A stretch of DNA of 47,076 nt. Origin: an uncultured candidatus Brocadiaceae bacterium. GTDB taxonomy: Bacteria; Planctomycetota; Brocadiia; SM23-32. Each line of letters opens with the position of its first letter. Positions within the stretch are counted from its first letter, which is position 1. This document shows positions 45,348-47,076 of this stretch, in pieces. Position numbers and translations under genes: made by a program. The notes under the pieces were generated by a model. It saw nothing but the letters and a program-made list of their open reading frames with translations, was not told the DNA's origin and made no database searches. The stretch covers positions 1 to 47,076 of the forward strand of contig CAZXYF010000002.1 in assembly GCA_964644705.1 (NCBI GenBank), given 5' to 3'.

Positions 45348-46433
45348 ATGAAACGCATTGATCGTTACATCACACGCGGATTTCTGCTGCGTTTTTTCGC
45401 GGCCCTGGTCGTTATTTTCGGGCTCTATGTGAGCTTTGATGCCGTTAAACGCATCGATCAGATTCAGCAGGGGGGCTTCGCCGATACGGTTCCAAAGGTG
45501 CTGCTATACTACCTGTATCAGTTTCCCACCCTCATGCTCGACCTCTTTCCACCTCTGCTGCTGGTGGCTGCCGGTTTGGTGCTGGTTCAGATGTCCCGGA
45601 AGAAGGAGTTGCTCACGCTCAAAGCCAGCGGAGTCAGCCTGCGGCGGGTTGTGCTTCCCATCCTGCTGGCCGCTATCCCGCTTGCCATGGCCACAACGGT
45701 TGCACGAGAGACCCTTGTCCCCTGGTCGTTCAGGCGGCAGAAAATTCTGGAGCGAGAGCTCGATCAGGATACAGCGGGGCCGTTTTTGCTGGTGGATGAA
45801 AAAAAAGACTTTAAGCTTTACGTGGGGCAGTACAATTTTTCCCGTCACACCATGTCGCGGATATCACTTTTGCGATTTTATGAAGACGGTCAACTGCGAA
45901 AGATAACGGAAGCGGATACCGGGGGATGGTATCAGGGTGACCAATTACGGTTGAAAACGGTCAGCATCCAGGAATACCGGCGGGATGGAAATCCGGACGG
46001 GAGTCCTTCGGTGACGAAGACAAAAACGGTCAAAACGTCACTGAGCCGTTACGATTTCGTGGCGGCTAAAAATGATGCCATGAGCACCAGCCTGCCCTCA
46101 TTTACCCTTTTCGATCTTCTGCGACAGGTCCGCCGCAATCCCAATAACAGCCGTTTCCAGGTTATGTTGCATTCTCGCCTCTCTGAACCGCTGGCGGGAA
46201 TAATCCTCCTCCTGATTGGTATCCCCCTTATGGTGGGATTTGAACACAAAATGAAAAGCCGTGTGCTGGGAACGGTCGTATGTATTGTGGTGGCAGGAGC
46301 TTACCAGGTGTCATCGTTTATAGTGTTGAGCATGGGCAACACGGGTCTGATCAACCCCGCACTGGCCGCGTGGATGATGCCCGCGGTTGGCCTGACACTG
46401 GGAACATTTCTGTTTTCCACGATGAAAACCTGA
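45348..46433 (+). CDS. LptF/LptG family LPS export permease
   Basis: The N-terminus MKRIDRYITRGFL, six TM segments and a central periplasmic beta-jellyroll region match the YjgP/YjgQ architecture. Confidence 0.85.
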   Translation: MKRIDRYITRGFLLRFFAALVVIFGLYVSFDAVKRIDQIQQGGFADTVPKVLLYYLYQFPTLMLDLFPPLLLVAAGLVLVQMSRKKELLTLKASGVSLRRVVLPILLAAIPLAMATTVARETLVPWSFRRQKILERELDQDTAGPFLLVDEKKDFKLYVGQYNFSRHTMSRISLLRFYEDGQLRKITEADTGGWYQGDQLRLKTVSIQEYRRDGNPDGSPSVTKTKTVKTSLSRYDFVAAKNDAMSTSLPSFTLFDLLRQVRRNPNNSRFQVMLHSRLSEPLAGIILLLIGIPLMVGFEHKMKSRVLGTVVCIVVAGAYQVSSFIVLSMGNTGLINPALAAWMMPAVGLTLGTFLFSTMKT

Positions 46434-46489
46434 ATCTTCCCTGTTTTTGTAATCGTTCTGAAAAAAGAGCCTCAGAGGACCGATCAGAT

Positions 46490-47076
46490 ATGTCTGAATT
46501 CCAGTTTGCCGAACACCCCCATCGACGTTACAACCCCCTCTCGGGGGAATGGCTGCAGGTGTCTCCACACCGGGCGAAACGTCCCTGGCAGGGCCAGGAA
46601 GAGGAGACGCCCGAGGAAGATAGAGTGGAGTATGACCCCGATTGTTATCTCTGCCCCGGCAATGAGCGGGCGGGAGATGCATGCAACCCGGATTACTCCG
46701 GCACCTACGTGTTCACCAACGATTTTGCCGCCCTGAAACTCGATACACCGACCGCTGACGTTAATGAGCAGGATCTGCTGATTGCAAAGGGAGAGCAGGG
46801 AACCTGCCGGGTTGTCTGCTTCTCCCCGCGGCACGATCTGACCCTCCCGGAGATGGACGTTGCGGAGATTGAAAAGGTTGTGGAGCTCTGGGCCCGGGAA
46901 TACCAGCAGCTGGGCGAGAGGAGCAACATCAACTATGTGCAGGTCTTCGAGAATAAAGGCCAGATGATGGGCTGCAGCAATCCCCATCCCCACGGCCAGA
47001 TATGGGCCCAGCAGACCATTCCCGACGAGCCATCCAAAGAATTGCATCAACAGAGAGATTATCGAGATGAGCATGA
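46490..47076 (+). CDS. galT: galactose-1-phosphate uridylyltransferase (5' partial, runs off the window)
   Basis: My own translation from the ATG at 46490 gives MSEFQFAEHPHRRYNPLSGEWLQVSPHRAKRPWQG...CYLCPGNERA...TYVFTNDFAAL...FENKGQMMGCSNPHPHGQIW. This is co-linear with E. coli GalT, including the HPH active site. It is absent from the ORF track because no stop lies within the window. Confidence 0.9.
   Translation, partial: MSEFQFAEHPHRRYNPLSGEWLQVSPHRAKRPWQGQEEETPEEDRVEYDPDCYLCPGNERAGDACNPDYSGTYVFTNDFAALKLDTPTADVNEQDLLIAKGEQGTCRVVCFSPRHDLTLPEMDVAEIEKVVELWAREYQQLGERSNINYVQVFENKGQMMGCSNPHPHGQIWAQQTIPDEPSKELHQQRDYRDEH

Noticed and set aside
46484-47074. 196-aa minus-strand ORF at the right edge
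   Set aside because: The plus strand translates into an unambiguous GalT N-terminal half (HPHRRYNPL..., HPHGQ). It is missing from the track only because it has no stop in the window. The minus-strand ORF is its shadow.
1-47076. CRISPR arrays, rRNA/tRNA genes, transposases, integrases, known defence systems
   Set aside because: I saw no regularly spaced direct repeats, no rRNA/tRNA signatures and no recombinase or defence-type ORFs. The dGTPase and HIT genes look like housekeeping orthologues in a conserved context.

Overview
This is a moderately GC-rich bacterial chromosomal window, densely packed with housekeeping genes. The gene content (leaderless sulfatase, V-type ATPase, FHA-sigma54 activator, TonB-less ExbB/ExbD cluster) suggests a PVC-type organism such as Verrucomicrobiota, Kiritimatiellota or Lentisphaerota. 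That placement is a guess from gene content only.

Recognised content, left to right:
- arylsulfatase, Nif3-like protein, Fe-S aldo/keto reductase and a DUF985 cupin
- a complete nine-gene V/A-type ATPase operon (G/H-like, I, K, E, C, F, A, B, D) on the minus strand
- efp and a DUF2851 protein
- a plus-strand block: triple zinc-ribbon protein, degenerate GHMP-kinase-like protein, amidohydrolase and a DUF3524 glycosyltransferase
- a minus-strand TPR-ExbB-ExbD-ExbD-ExbD cluster with no TonB
- thiL, tsaE and mutL
- an orphan parB flanked by three perfect parS palindromes
- a GT-C-like membrane protein
- pyrE, purB, a membrane-anchored hypothetical and dapA
- ispD and a PIN/TRAM (yacL-like) gene
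- an FHA-GAF sigma54 activator, a dGTPase-like HD protein and a HIT protein
- RNase P RNA, an LptF/G permease and the 5' part of galT

The unusual part is non-coding. Three gaps of about 850 bp (28654-29512, 30416-31251, 32599-33457) cluster around parB.
- One gap holds a 455-bp MITE-like element with about 80-nt imperfect terminal inverted repeats and a 9-bp direct duplication.
- Two other gaps (32825-33071 and 38648-38893) hold diverged, oppositely oriented copies of a roughly 247-nt element. Each copy has a conserved long hairpin and pairing termini. I cannot assign it to any known RNA or repeat family.
- A three-hairpin candidate sRNA with C-rich loops sits at 4396-4500.

I found no CRISPR array, rRNA, tRNA, transposase or recognisable defence system.
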